Shown here piece by piece: positions 39,649-52,099 of a stretch of DNA of 64,000 bases. The notes under the pieces are model-generated. The model was not told where the DNA came from, ran no database searches, and was given only the letters and a program-made list of their open reading frames with translations. The stretch comes from Hydrolagus affinis (taxonomy: Eukaryota), in the NCBI GenBank assembly GCA_012026655.1, contig JAAILG010001570.1, forward strand, positions 1 through 64,000, in the 5' to 3' direction. Every line of letters begins with the position of its first letter. Position 1 is the first letter of the stretch. The translations under genes were made by a program, and so were the position numbers.

Positions 39649-39831
39649 TGATTATCAGGGGGTAAATAGGGGAAAATACAATGCATGGGTAAGGATGGAA
39701 AGCATATCAATGAGTGGGAGAGGCGGGGGGTGGCCAAGAGAAGTCATTAATTCAGTCACCAAAATGGTTTGGACCAGGTTAACGGAGGTTAGCAATAACC
39801 GCAAGAAATAAATTGTGATACTTGCATTCAG

Positions 39832-39931
39832 NNNNNNNNNNNNNNNNNNNNNNNNNNNNNNNNNNNNNNNNNNNNNNNNNNNNNNNNNNNNNNNNNNNNN
39901 NNNNNNNNNNNNNNNNNNNNNNNNNNNNNNN
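39832..39931. other. Assembly gap (100 N)
   Basis: Run of exactly 100 N, the conventional placeholder for a gap of unknown size. Confidence 0.99.
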
Positions 39932-40938
39932 CAGTGGACGGGTTTGTAGCTGGTTTGTCGTTGTCGATAGTTTTGTAATCTTGTACTACAAACTCAAGGT
40001 TCAACTGCGAACGACGCCCAGAAATTGTAACTCGACATTGGTCTATTGACGAGAAAGGTTCTGACAGTTGTTTTACTGGGAAAATAAATGGCCTGGGATC
40101 AAGCACCTAAAAAAAATCAGTCACGTATCCCATTTGAAAGCTTAGCAACATGTGTCCGATAAAGGAACTCAGAGATATGTTGCAGAATTTAAATCACTTT
40201 GACCTTCTCTCAATTGCTTCCTTGGGGATCATCAAATAGAAGCTTTCACTTTTCAAAGCACTAATGTGAAACAATTAGCATCTTATTTTATGGAACTAAA
40301 GCAGAGGAGATGAAAGTCAGACAGAAAGCAGATTGGCATCGTTGAATCTAACTCTGCGGGAATGATTATTGAAACCTATAGCTTCTGAGCTGACAGGAAT
40401 TGCGGCAGAACAAGACGCTACCTGCCCTTCATAAAGCATTAAGTATTTGCATCAGTGATGTTGTTTACAATTGTAGGCAGATGTTCCTTCAATGGGTGGT
40501 AAACACTTCCTGAAGCCAGTTTAGACTGTGACTATAACGAGACATATTTTACAACCATATTCAAACCTGTGCTAAAAGCTTAAGTGAAAACTCTGCTGGT
40601 TAAGGTGCAAGCTAACTCACTGTGACTTACACTGTGACCCAGGTCTGGAACTCAACTTAAGATAGTCATAATAAAACTAATGTTTGATATAACAAATTTC
40701 ACATCAGGAAGAACGTGGGGAGGCAGGATGTCTCAAACTGCTTCACAGTAATGTCTGTTTATATTGACGTCAAACCAATTGAACAAACTCACAAAGACTG
40801 GGATAGTCTGCACCCGTCCCAGCGGGACTCAGACAATCACCTTGATACAGAGCTTTGCTAGGCATTGGGTTCAGGCTCCTCATCCCCAGTCTCTCCTTGT
40901 TGGGCATCGGGATCTGACAGTTCAACAAGAGCGCTGTA

Positions 40939-41332
40939 GAGTCCCGTAGCTCAGTGGTTAGAACACTGAGCTACAGAGCTCGGGATGTCCTCCCAATGTG
41001 AAAGGCGCTCTATAAATGTCATTTTGTTATTATATTTTGTTGTTGTTAGAGCACTTGCAAGAGAGAGATGTGGGTTTGATTTCTGGCAGGGTGAAATCTT
41101 GGACAAGTTTCACTTACTATTACTCCACACGCCTGATAATAATCCCTGAAAACCCCCCCACTAATAATTTGGTCACTTTAATCCACGATTGTTTGTAGGA
41201 CACTGCTGTGCGCTGCCACGTTTCGCCCACATATATACAGTCAATTCACTTTACAGTATATTCTGTGAAGCGCTTTCAGGTGTCTCGAAGACGTGAAAAG
41301 TGTTATATCAAATTCAAGAATTATTTATTATA
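40939..41332 (+). mobile_element. SINE with a composite insertion in its tRNA head
   Basis: Head interrupted at 40963-41044 by a fold-back copy of the head plus an L2 tail, flanked by GTTAGA. Confidence 0.9.
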
Positions 41333-43449
41333 ATGCCTCATCACAAACTGTGTTAAAGCGATTCTCAGTATTTACTTTAGACCGTATCTTGTAGATCGAT
41401 CCAGTGAGGGAGTAGGCACTTAAACATAATGGGTCAAATGGCTCTTTCTTGTGCTCAAAATATGATCTGATTACTTTTATCTTCACCAAAGACAGCAACT
41501 ATAACTTTGATAAATATAATGATTGAAAAATAAAATCACAAGTTGAAACGTTAGAATTGTGAATAAGCATTTGAGGCTTTGTGGTTAAGGCAAACTTTCA
41601 CAATTCGTGCAAAATAGGATATAAAATTACAAGGCAATTCAACAGCTGATATTCTTACATTTTAGCCATCTTTACAAATAAAGCTCGTCCCACTTAAGAG
41701 AAACCATGAGGTCCATATTGATTTAGTCTTCTGGTATATTTTGTTCAAGGTTCCATTCTTTTACAAACCTGAGCTGGGAACTATTTGTACTTATCCACTC
41801 AGTCGGGAGCTCACATAATAAAAAACAGCACTGTCCGTGCTTCACACAAGTGCGAAAAAAGTGAAGAGAATAAAATGTATGTGGTTTCCAGGCAACACCG
41901 CAACTGGTTGGATAGTTAGTTATTCCTGTCATGCAGAGGAAAATGGTTTGAGGACGGCATTTATTTCTCTCTAATTCCTATAACTCCCGCGGTGATTTTT
42001 TCCCCCTTGTCCTGGACTGACAGCAGAATTACAAGCCTCGTCAGGATTATTCTGATGATTTGAAGTCATTTCAGTTATGCCCCGGAAAAAGAATAAAGTC
42101 ATAGTAATCCTTGCATTTGATATAGGAGCTCATCGTTGAGATGTCTCAAAGCGCTTCGCAGAAAGTGAATTGACTGTATATTTTGTGGGCGAAATCTCAT
42201 TGAAATAGGTCTGTGATAACATTCGAAAACATGACTGGGGGATGAATTAATTAAGCGAAATATGGTCTACTGCAAAAATACTGACATTTTAATTTTATAT
42301 AGTTCCTGGTGCATAGAGATGGGTTCGAGGAAAATGCGTCTAAAAAGGTGTTTATTTCAGGAACAAATCTGACTCGTTTCATCCGTTAAAATATCTATCT
42401 TGCAGGCATTTGAACAGTTCTGCAGCCACATTGAGATGTGCAGCTGTGGTTTAGTAATGCAGATATCATATTATAAGCAGCTGGAATCAAATAAACAGTT
42501 TGGGAATTTACAGAGCATTAGCATATTTCATGCGCTCACGTGCAATTTGTAATACTCTTGTCTGAATGGATTTTAAATGCAACGCGATCATACTTGGGTA
42601 GCCTACAATTTTCCCAGTAAGGTTTCAATCTGGGAGCTGTTGAAATGGTTATTAAAAATTAGGGTGAATGTAAACCGATATCATTGTGCATCAACGTGAT
42701 AAGAGACGCGTAATATGGGATTGGAAACAAAATAAGTGAGAAGTGAGAAGGCCATTTCAAATCGAAACGACTCGAAACGCTTCACTGGATGTATTGTAAC
42801 GTGTGGTGACTGTTAACCAGGATATCTGGAGAAAGTCCCTTGTCAGACAAGTGCATGGGAGTTGCTAAGTTACTCTCAACAATCCACTTACTTTTCCTAC
42901 ACTCTAGTTTAGGATGAGGGAAGAGGGAAGTTGCTTCAATCTATTACAGTGCAGTATTTTGTTTAATAATTTTCGCATTAAGTGTTGAACATCATCATAA
43001 GGATATCAGTCATGGCTACAATTTTAATAACGTCCATCTGAGCTTGTGATAATTCTACCTTGTGTTGAAATAAAATCTCGGCTTTAATGATTTAACTTTA
43101 GCTGCAGGATTTCAGGATCATTAGTCCTTTGTATCAATGTATTGTTGGAAATGTTAGAATGTTCAGCATTGTTACACATAGCAGCTAATTAATGGTAATA
43201 GATTTGCATCCCAAAGAAAATCAGTGACATTAAAACCTAGATCATTATCACAAACCATTACAATAATCAAACATGCCACTGCCTGAAATCGTTCCACAAA
43301 AGATTCCAGTTAAAAAAAAAACAATGAATGTCAACTGAGTAGGTTAGCAGTAAAGTGAACAATGGAAGCTGGGTTCACCTTCCGTGGTGAAATGTGTGAT
43401 ATTTCATAAAGCATTTCATGACCCCTATATATGTAACAGACCTTTGAGT

Positions 43450-43560
43450 CATTCTCTCTGCAACTCCCATCTTGGTCTCTCTCCACCTCACCCCTTCCCT
43501 CCCATCTTTAAAGCTTGCCTTGAAAGACCTATCCTTTCAACCTTCATCATGCTTTCAGGC
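43450..43560 (+). mobile_element. Decayed L2 3' fragment
   Basis: CTCTGCAACTCC...TTTAAAGCTTGCCTTGAAAGACCTATCCTTTC resembles LWNS...FKA.LKTYLF. Confidence 0.55.
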
Positions 43561-43659
43561 ATCTCTCTCCCGCCCACCCTCGTAGCTCTTCCCCTTGTTT
43601 GGGCACCCATCCAATTCAATCCTGAGGTCGATAGATTTTTGTTAAGGTCAGGGTATCAA

Positions 43660-43786
43660 CAACAACTAAATTACATTTTTATAGCACTTTTCACGTCGAG
43701 AGGACATCTCAAGGCGCTGAAAGGGTGACATCCTTCGATCCGGAATCGAACCAGCGACCTAAGGATACCTAAGGATGCAGCGACCC
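43660..43786 (-). mobile_element. Chimeric retrocopy: tRNA-Tyr 3' exon plus L2 tail, TSD ATCAA
   Basis: ATCAA at 43655-43659 and 43787-43791; removing the insert restores contiguous CR1 sequence. Confidence 0.85.
43731..43766 (-). pseudogene. tRNA-Tyr(GTA) 3' exon fragment (positions 38-73)
   Basis: ATCCTTAGGTCGCTGGTTCGATTCCGGATCGAAGGA differs by one base from the recalled vertebrate tRNA-Tyr 3' exon (..CCGGCTCGAAGGA); 5' half absent, no CCA. Confidence 0.9.
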
Positions 43787-44588
43787 ATCAAGAGATAAGG
43801 CAGGTAAATGGAGTTGAGGTGCAGATCGGACATGGTCTAAAGGAATAGACCATGTCAAGGGGCTATATGGCATATTCATGTTATTATGTTTCATCCAGCA
43901 CTGCGCAGTGCTTTAAAGCAATGTGAAACACTCTGCATGATGTAAATTGTTGTCGTATATCATCAGGTGATCATGATCACATAAAACTCTGCAAATTTCA
44001 CCCTTACATCTGATGTATCACCTCCTCTCTAAGCGACGTTCAATAAAGTCAGATTGTGAAGCTGTCAGTAGTAAAATGAAATAAATGTCCCTGTAGGAAG
44101 CAAATCATGATTACCAGCTCAAAGTGTCATAAAGAATTTGTCTTCCTGTGTTTGTGAAGCTAATCGGAATTGAAGCAGCGCATCCAGTGAGAGTACAATT
44201 GATTTAGGGAAAAATATTGGAGAAACGATTTCAAGACTGGGACAACCACACAAAAAAATAAACCGGTAGTACAATACAACACAATCAAATTTACATTTAT
44301 ATAGTGCCTTAACATTAGTAGGCCATCCCTTGGCATTTAGTAGGAGTGCGACATGATTCAAAATCAATACTATATGGTTGAGGGGCAGGAATTGTCTGAT
44401 CACCACTAAATAGACAGAATTCTGAACTCACGCTCAGAAAAGTTAACAATCCAATACAGTGCTGGAGGATAGTGACATGAGACATGTGATGAGATAATAA
44501 ACCTCAGTCCTATCTGGCTGTTTAGGTGGACATTAAACATCTTGGCACCCAGAGATTTGTCTGCCCCATTTACAGGTTCTACTTCTTG

Positions 44589-44657
44589 TTTCAGCGCCTT
44601 GGGACTTCCTCCCGATGTGAAAGGCATTATACAAATGTAATTTTGTCGTTCTTGTTA
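44589..44657 (+). mobile_element. L2 tail-only insertion
   Basis: TTTCAGCGCCTTGGGACTTCCTCCCGATGTGAAAGGCATTATACAAATGTAATTTTGTCGTT. Confidence 0.85.
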
Positions 44658-46009
44658 TCCCCTCCAAAAATCAGCTTCTCGGAAGATCTACAAATGTTTT
44701 ACATCTGTGCTTAGAGTCCCTCAAAATACCTCAAACGTTCCTCAAAATACAAGCTGTGTTTTATATGGAGTGCATTCGGTAATGACCGGGGTTAGTTGCT
44801 GGCCTGTTGGAGGTGAAAGCCCTGTATGGAATCACCCGCCGTTGAGTTGTTGTCTGAGCAATGACATGCTATTTTGAGATATTCAGCGGCGTAACGCAAG
44901 GCAGTTCATCTTTTTTGTTAAAGAAGATCTTAAACGAAAGTTAATCTCCGAATAGCTGTCTATTTTAAATCACTGATATACATGATTGTGATTGCTGCGC
45001 AGGTGATTTCACTTCAAGAATTGTAAACTGAATTAATCCTGAATGTACGTTCGACAAGATGATAAAATTCTTTACACACACCCAACCCCCCCTCACCCCC
45101 TTTCCCACCCCACACCGCCACTTAAAGAGAACCTTTCTCCACACTACAGTATCGCTAGGCTAAGCACAATACACTCAACAACACTGCAAATGTCACTTTT
45201 TGATGGATCCTCTCTCAAATGTGTACTTAGGAGCTGCAGTATATGGTAATGTGTTTCATTTTCACCAAAGAATCATCTGGGTGCAATTTACGCCTCAAAA
45301 TTGCTTGATTCACCAAAGTTTATTTAAACTTTGTGGAAATAAAAACAAAACACCTGCATTTCTGGGATAAGAGTCCGAGGATGTGACACCTGGGGTATGG
45401 CTTTCTCTCTGAACAGGTTTGTTTGTGAGACTATTGCTCCAGAGTTCCACACAGCATGAGCACCACCAAACATTAAATAATTGAAAGCAAAAAAGGCAAA
45501 GGCCTTCGGTAACCTCAGACATTATTTATAACAGAAGCCACCTGACAATAACCAACTACACGTGGGTCTGCCTCAGCTCCTATTTTGATGCATTGATTAT
45601 TATTGTTAAGGATTAGTTATTTATAATAATAATAATAATCCTTGCATTTGATATAAGGCCTCATCAAGATCTCTGAGACATTTTAAAGCGCTTCCCGGAA
45701 TATACTGTAAAGTAAATTGATGGTATTTTTTCTTCTTTGTTTTGCTTGTAAATAATCAAACTCATCCAGCAGCACATCTGCTCAGATATTCCTTTTTGAA
45801 ACAGGGGATTATGTTGTTGGGAGTTGGTGTAATCTCTTTTGAAGTTTTTGTAGCCATATAGTTAATGAGGTCTCATCTGAATACTAAAGAAAATACATTG
45901 TACATCTTGAAAAAGGGAATGTGATACAACAATTTCTGTCTGAAATATTACACAAACTCCCTTTTTTTCCTCTGCTATGCAAGAGACCGACAAGCAGACT
46001 TTGTAAAGG

Positions 46010-46305
46010 TAATAATAATAATCCTTGCATTTGATATAGCACTTTTCACGTCTTCTAGACATCTCAAAGCACTTACAGAATGTACTGTGAAGTGAATAGA
46101 CTGTATATAGGTGGGCGAAACGTGGCAGCCAGTTGTACACAGCAGTGTCCCATAAACAGTCGTGGATTGAAATGAGCAATTTTTTTTTGAGGGATTATTA
46201 TTGGTCTTGTGGAGTAATGAAACTTGCCCAAGGCTTTGTCCTGCCTGGAATTGAACCCAGGTCTCTCGCTTACAAGGAGAGTGCTCTAACCACTGAGCTA
46301 CAGGA
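46010..46305 (-). mobile_element. tRNA-derived SINE, full length
   Basis: Family match. Confidence 0.95.
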
Positions 46306-46364
46306 TGCTAAACCCCAAACAAAATCAATGAATAATTTCTGGTGACTATAAAACATTACAAAAT

Positions 46365-46600
46365 AATAATAACCCTTACATTTGTTGTGACTCATTATCA
46401 CGCGAATTCACTGTGTTGGGTAGTGATTGTATTTTTTGGGTGAATGAGGCAGACAAGCAAAAAAGTCCTACCGATATGAATGCCCAGTTTTTTTTCTGAG
46501 GGAAAATAACTGTTGGCCAGTTCACAGAAAGAACCTCCATTTTCGTTTCAAATAGTGCCTCGGGATCTTTAACATTCAACCTGAACAGATAGATGGGACT
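46365..46600 (-). mobile_element. Old Deu-type SINE
   Basis: TGAGGGA.AA..TGTTGGCCAG..CAC..TTCAAATAGTGCC.CGGGATCTTTAACAT.CA.CCTGAACAGA.AGATGGGAC. Confidence 0.75.
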
Positions 46601-46603
46601 TTT

Positions 46604-46813
46604 GAACCTTGGGCAAGTTTCCTTACTCCACACGCCTAATAATAATCCCTCAAAAACCCCCAATAATAAATCAATCCCCGACTGTTTGTGGGACACTGCT
46701 ATGTCCAATTGGCTGCCGCGTTTCGCCCACAAATATGCAGTCAATTCACTTTACACTCGATTCTGTGAAGCACTTTGAGACGTCCAGAAGATGTGAAAAG
46801 TACTATATCAAAT
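46604..46813 (+). mobile_element. SINE, 5'-truncated
   Basis: Family match. Confidence 0.9.
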
Positions 46814-47782
46814 TTCTCTACCCCTTTTTGTATTCAGCTGCATTTCTCTGCCAGTAATATTGTTCAGGATGCAATTATATTTTGCCAATTCTTTTCTCTC
46901 GCCGTCACTCTATTGCTTCTCTCTCTCTGTAACGGAATCCCTGACTGTTTGGCCTCAGGCTTTGTTCTGCTTACATTGATCAATTTCCGTTAAATATTTC
47001 GCAATTTCCACTGTATTCAATTTGCCGCCCATTCTGCTGAGTAGCCTCCCACCCTGTTCAGCTCAGCCATGCTTACGTTCCATTTATGTCTTTGAGCCAA
47101 CTATCTGGTTCCACGGTGAGGGCTATCATTATTACAGAGGGTAGAACCAGCATTCGAGCCACGGATAAGATCTCTCTCTCCCCACCCCCAACACCCACAA
47201 AAGTGATATTTAATTCATCGAGTAGAGAAGAAGCAGGTAATTGGTAATTATTTGGCTAATTTAAAATGCACTGCAAAATACTCTGGTAAATGGAACAAAA
47301 CTCATTAACAACATAGCATTGCTAATAAGAACTGGAGGCATCTGCTCCTGTGCCACAGTCCCTTCCTTCAAGGGAATAAGCAAGTTAACCCTTCCATCCT
47401 TGTACACATGCCAGGATTTCCTCCTTCCATTCTCATCTGTTCATTAGTCCCTTGGCAGCATATCACAATATCATTTCCATAGCACATATCATTGTCACTT
47501 TGTTACAATCAGATTCTACCATTGAAAAGAGCTCCAATAGCCCTGGGCAGACTGGGAAGGCTATCAGTGATCGGGTGCTAATTACAAGAGCCCCACAGTG
47601 AAGAGGTTTGATCTACCACTCATTTTCACTTCATCTTTGCTTTGTTGTCACAGTGTCTTAAGCAAGCTGTGATTGGCACTCAGCCTAGACTACAGCTCGC
47701 TGTCTTTGGCATCTTTGAATACTGCAATGATTATTCTCTGTATGACTGATGTGCCATCAGTCAGTCAGACTTTTTTTTGTGT

Positions 47783-48010
47783 GGAGTCCTGTAGCTCAGT
47801 GATTAGAGCACTAGCCTTGCAAGCGAGTGACCCAGGTTCAATTCCCGCAGGGCGAGCCTCCTTACTCCACACACCTGATAGTAATCCCTCGAAAATAAAA
47901 CAATAATAAATTGGCCATTTCAACTGTAGGAGACTGCTGTGCGCTATTGGCTGCTGTTTCTAGAAGACATGAAAAGCACTATATCAAATGGAAGGATTAT
48001 TATTATTATA
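47783..48010 (+). mobile_element. SINE with internal deletions
   Basis: Head and tail match; parts of the body are missing. Confidence 0.9.
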
Positions 48011-49034
48011 ATAAAAATTGAGCATTTTATCGCACTCAACTTTGTTCCACAAATTTTGCTCACCACAGCAACAGGAAAAGCCGTGACTGTGATAAAATCT
48101 CAGGACTATACAATATAGGATAATATAAATTTACATCATGAAATCCTTGCATTTGATATATTGCGTCTTATCATGTCTTCGAAACATCTCAAAGCGCTTC
48201 GCAGAATATACTGTCAAGTGAATTGACTGCAATATTTTGTTGACAAAATATTTTGCGGCAGTGAACTTGGTTGAACTGGGCTTGGTTGAACAAATGAAAA
48301 CTGAAGCTGATACATGTGGGAAACACAGCACAATGCTTGTGAATATCCTATCCAGATTGCCGGTTCCACTTAAGTATGAGTAACCCATTGTGCTTTAGAT
48401 TCTTTCACTGATTTTGTCAATATGGGCAGCCATGACTGTCTGCTCTCGCTTCACCCACTGGCCCCTTCTGTATTCTTGTGCATGGGAATCACTGTAAATG
48501 GTTAACCACCACTTCGAAATATGTGGATAAATGTGGAAAGTGAAGGCAGTTAGCCAAACTTGGATTAGTACATTTGGATTAACCTTCTGGGCTGCTTAAC
48601 AAAATCAATGCTGATTAAATTCAAAGCATTTCCAAATCTATAAGCTGACTCGGTATCCAGCAACCAGTGAACTTCAGAGTACTTTAAGAAAAGCTCAGTG
48701 TACACTGAAGATAAAGCAGTGGACAAATCGGAGAGATTGTGGTGAAAATTAAGGCAAAAAAATTCTCTATGTTACACTTCTCAGATGCTCTGTTGAAACA
48801 AGTGCCATTTTAGTTCAAAATACAGTACCACCACATGTATATCATGACGCTTGTTGAAAATAGGACTGTACTTTGGGCTATTGAAGATTTGAACCAAAGC
48901 TGCCAGTGTTATTTCAGCTTACAATGTCTATAGGAGCTCAGGCATCTTTGGATAAAAGCAGAGGAGATAGCAAGCACTGACAAGAAGCTTCAGTGAGCAA
49001 TCAATTTAATAAACGCAAACATGCCAGCAATATT

Positions 49035-49225
49035 ATTATTAACAATAATAATCCTTGCATTTGATACAGCGTTTTTCACGTCTACCAGAAGTCCCAAAGC
49101 GCTTTACACAATATACTGTAAAGTGAATATTCTGTATATTTGTGGGCAAAACGTGGCAGCCAATTGCACACAGTAGTTTCTACTACTGCACAAACCAAAC
49201 AGTCCTGGATTGAAATGACCAATTA
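49035..49225 (-). mobile_element. SINE 3' half
   Basis: Family match. Confidence 0.85.
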
Positions 49226-51107
49226 TATTATCTAGCCACAGGTACAAAAGGAACACACAGCAAGGTCTAAAGTGAGCATTAATCATGTGAATGTGGGGAT
49301 GGTATTTAGGGCAATTTCTTAATTGAAAAAAACAGGAGTTTGTGATGTAGATCCACCTGAATAACCTTCCAACTCAACTCTATTTTAGGGGTAAATTGGC
49401 TTCACTCACTTTTGGCTATTGGTGGTCTGCACTCAATTTTTTTTCCCCAAGAAATGTTACAACGTTGACCCCAATGCTAATATGATTCACATCTAACCAC
49501 ATAATCCACAACAACTACTTGCATTAACATAGCGCTGTGCATCCAGGGTAGCGTCCCAGAGTGTCTCCCGGTCACCGGTGAGTTTGTGCACATCCTGCTA
49601 TCTGCCCAGTTCACGTATTTTGTAGGGTTCAATAAAAGCCACAGTATAATAATAATGATAATAATCCTTGCATTTGATATAGCACTTTTCATGTCTCAAG
49701 ATGTCTCAAAGCAATGGAGTTTGAGGCAGAAACATGGCTCTGGGGCTCAAGTTTTATTTTAAACTACTGTGCACTTCTATCTTATTAAAGGCTGCGGCAT
49801 TCTTGCTTGATGTCCAACAGAGTCAAATTCCAAAGTGTTCAGAATGCCTCAGAAAACCTTTTGGCTGAATGGAGCTCACTCTTCCTGAAATGTCATCAGG
49901 AGAATTACTGACAGAACCAGTACAGCAGATAACATCACTTAAAGCACTGACATTTTCAGCTGCCGTCTTTTCCTTTCCCGCGTTTAGTACAGAATTACGC
50001 AGGACCAACCTTCTGCCTTTTGCTACATTAACACAATCAGCCGAAAACAGTAAGGCTGCAATGAAGAGATCATTCAGAGTGAAGTCGAGATAATGAAGTC
50101 AAATCAGTGGCAGGCTGCTAGCAAAAGAATATTCACCTTCTCAAACAGTCATCTGTATCATTAGATTCTACTCAGATGGGCGAACATTCATTGAAATGAT
50201 GTGGAAAGCCTTCAATGGGATACTCAGTGGGTCTATAGGTCAGAAGGACATCAGCACACACTCTGGGGTCCCCAAGCCTTGGCTCTTGCCAATCAGGGCC
50301 TAACACTTACCGGAATTGGGAAGGCAGAATGTGTCCATTCAAGGAGAGAGTGCGTATTCCATTACAATCATCTGTCTCTGGGATTTCCATGTGTAGGTGG
50401 GAGGATGCATGGAATTCTCAGTTTGGTTTGGATGCACTTAAGCAACGGTGTTGGGTTTGTGCATGTGTCAGACTGACAGGCTGACCCAAAAATAAATTGC
50501 ATAACATTCTTAAAAGTCCATCCTTAGTTTGTAAACTACTTACGTAAAGTACTGTACTGTATTCAGGAATTTTCCACAATTCAGCACGGTCCTTAAATGG
50601 TGAAGACGAAATGGTCTGATGGGGGTGGAGAGGGATGGCAGAGCGACAGGGAGGGGGAGAGTGGGGGAACACACTGACTCAAGATGTCAAGCGAGTAGTA
50701 GTGACTGTCAGTCTTGTGTCAGTCTTGTGGGAATGGAATCAAACATACAGTGCAATTATAATACTGTAATAATAATAATTCAGGGCTGTTGCAAAACCCC
50801 GGCTATCCTTTTACTTTATCATCTGTGAAAAATAACTTCGACGACCTGGCCTTCCTCTGAGCTAAATTTAATTGTGGATTTACAGTGCCCTTGGCTTCGC
50901 TATGCCCCTCTCAATATAACTAAGGAAAGACGAGAGAGATCAGATAAATCTTTTTTCTTCAGAAATATAGACTTCGCTTTGTGTTTTCTTGACAGACAGA
51001 CATTCAGACAGGCCATTGGGTTAAACGTCTCAATCAGTTTTTGTATTTCGCATTGAAAAGAGGAGACACATTCATCTGAGACAACATGGTTTGGAAATCC
51101 AAAAGGA

Positions 51108-51418
51108 TGATAATAATAATAAGAATCCTTGCCTTGTATACCGTCATCACTTCGTCACGACACCTCAAAGCGCTTCACAGAATAGACTATAAAGTGAATT
51201 CATTGACTGTATATTTTATGGGCGAAATGCGGCAGCCACTTGCGCATGACAGTGTCCCACAAACAGTCATGGATTGAGTGACCAACTAGTATTCTTTTTT
51301 GAAGGGATTACTAGCCCCGGAAAAGCAATCTGCCAATTGATTAAGAACTGGGCTTCTACTTGCTGCTAGGTAAACAGAGGTGTGTGGAGTAAGGAAACTT
51401 GCCTAAGGTTTCACTCTG
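51108..51418 (-). mobile_element. SINE, long-form subfamily, head missing
   Basis: Carries the reverse complement of CCTCTGTTTACCTAGCAGCAAGTAGAAGCCCAGTTCTTAATCAATTGG. Confidence 0.9.
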
Positions 51419-52099
51419 CGACTATTTCTGGCTTGGTGATAGAACATGTTGTGGGAAATAAAGCCGTGGCAGATGGAGCTACGTTATCTTATTTAAAAAG
51501 TGCTGGAACAAGTGGAAAAGCAATGTAGGGACGTTCTCAGGGCGATTTGCAAGTGTTTTGATATATTTATTCTCTAATTGTTGCTGGTCCTAGAATCTGC
51601 ACAGTAATAAAAATGGATTTTGAAAAAATAAGGTGAACATAATTTGCATTTATTAATTAATGTGAGTGTTAACATAACGATTGTTTCAAATTGACACGAG
51701 TCAGAATCTGACCCATCTGATGTTCTCGCCCTTATTTAATACATTGAGTTTAGCAGATAATTAGGCAGCCCACAATAGTGTCCCAACAGCCTATGATTCA
51801 TTCATTCTTTGTCAGTCTGCCAGATGGTAGGATTCAGCAACTGTAAACAAATAAGGTAATGCATGATCTTCACGTGTAGCGAAATGCTAAAGAATCAGTG
51901 GTATTGGATGAGGGTGAAGGGGGTCTAACACATGGGGATTCCTTAATAATGGCTCCAATTGAGAGATCCATGTTGGTAACTGGAAATATTGAACTCCCAT
52001 CGGCTCCAAATAGATCTACTTTCAGAGCACAGGTCACACTGAGTCATTGTAACGTACATTTGGTTACCACTGGAGATCCCCACAAATGCCCTGCTCGGT

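Larger units (their letters stand above)
43620..43890 (+). mobile_element. CR1 3' end interrupted by the tRNA-L2 chimera
   Basis: GAGGTCGATAGATTTTTGTT...GGGTATCAA|GAGAT..AAGGCAGGTAAATGGAGTTGAGGTGCAGATC...GGGGCT..ATGGC..TTATGTT (EVDRFL..GI, then CR1 UTR). Confidence 0.8.

Noticed and set aside
39822-40106. ORFs spanning the N run
   Set aside because: Artefacts of the assembly gap.
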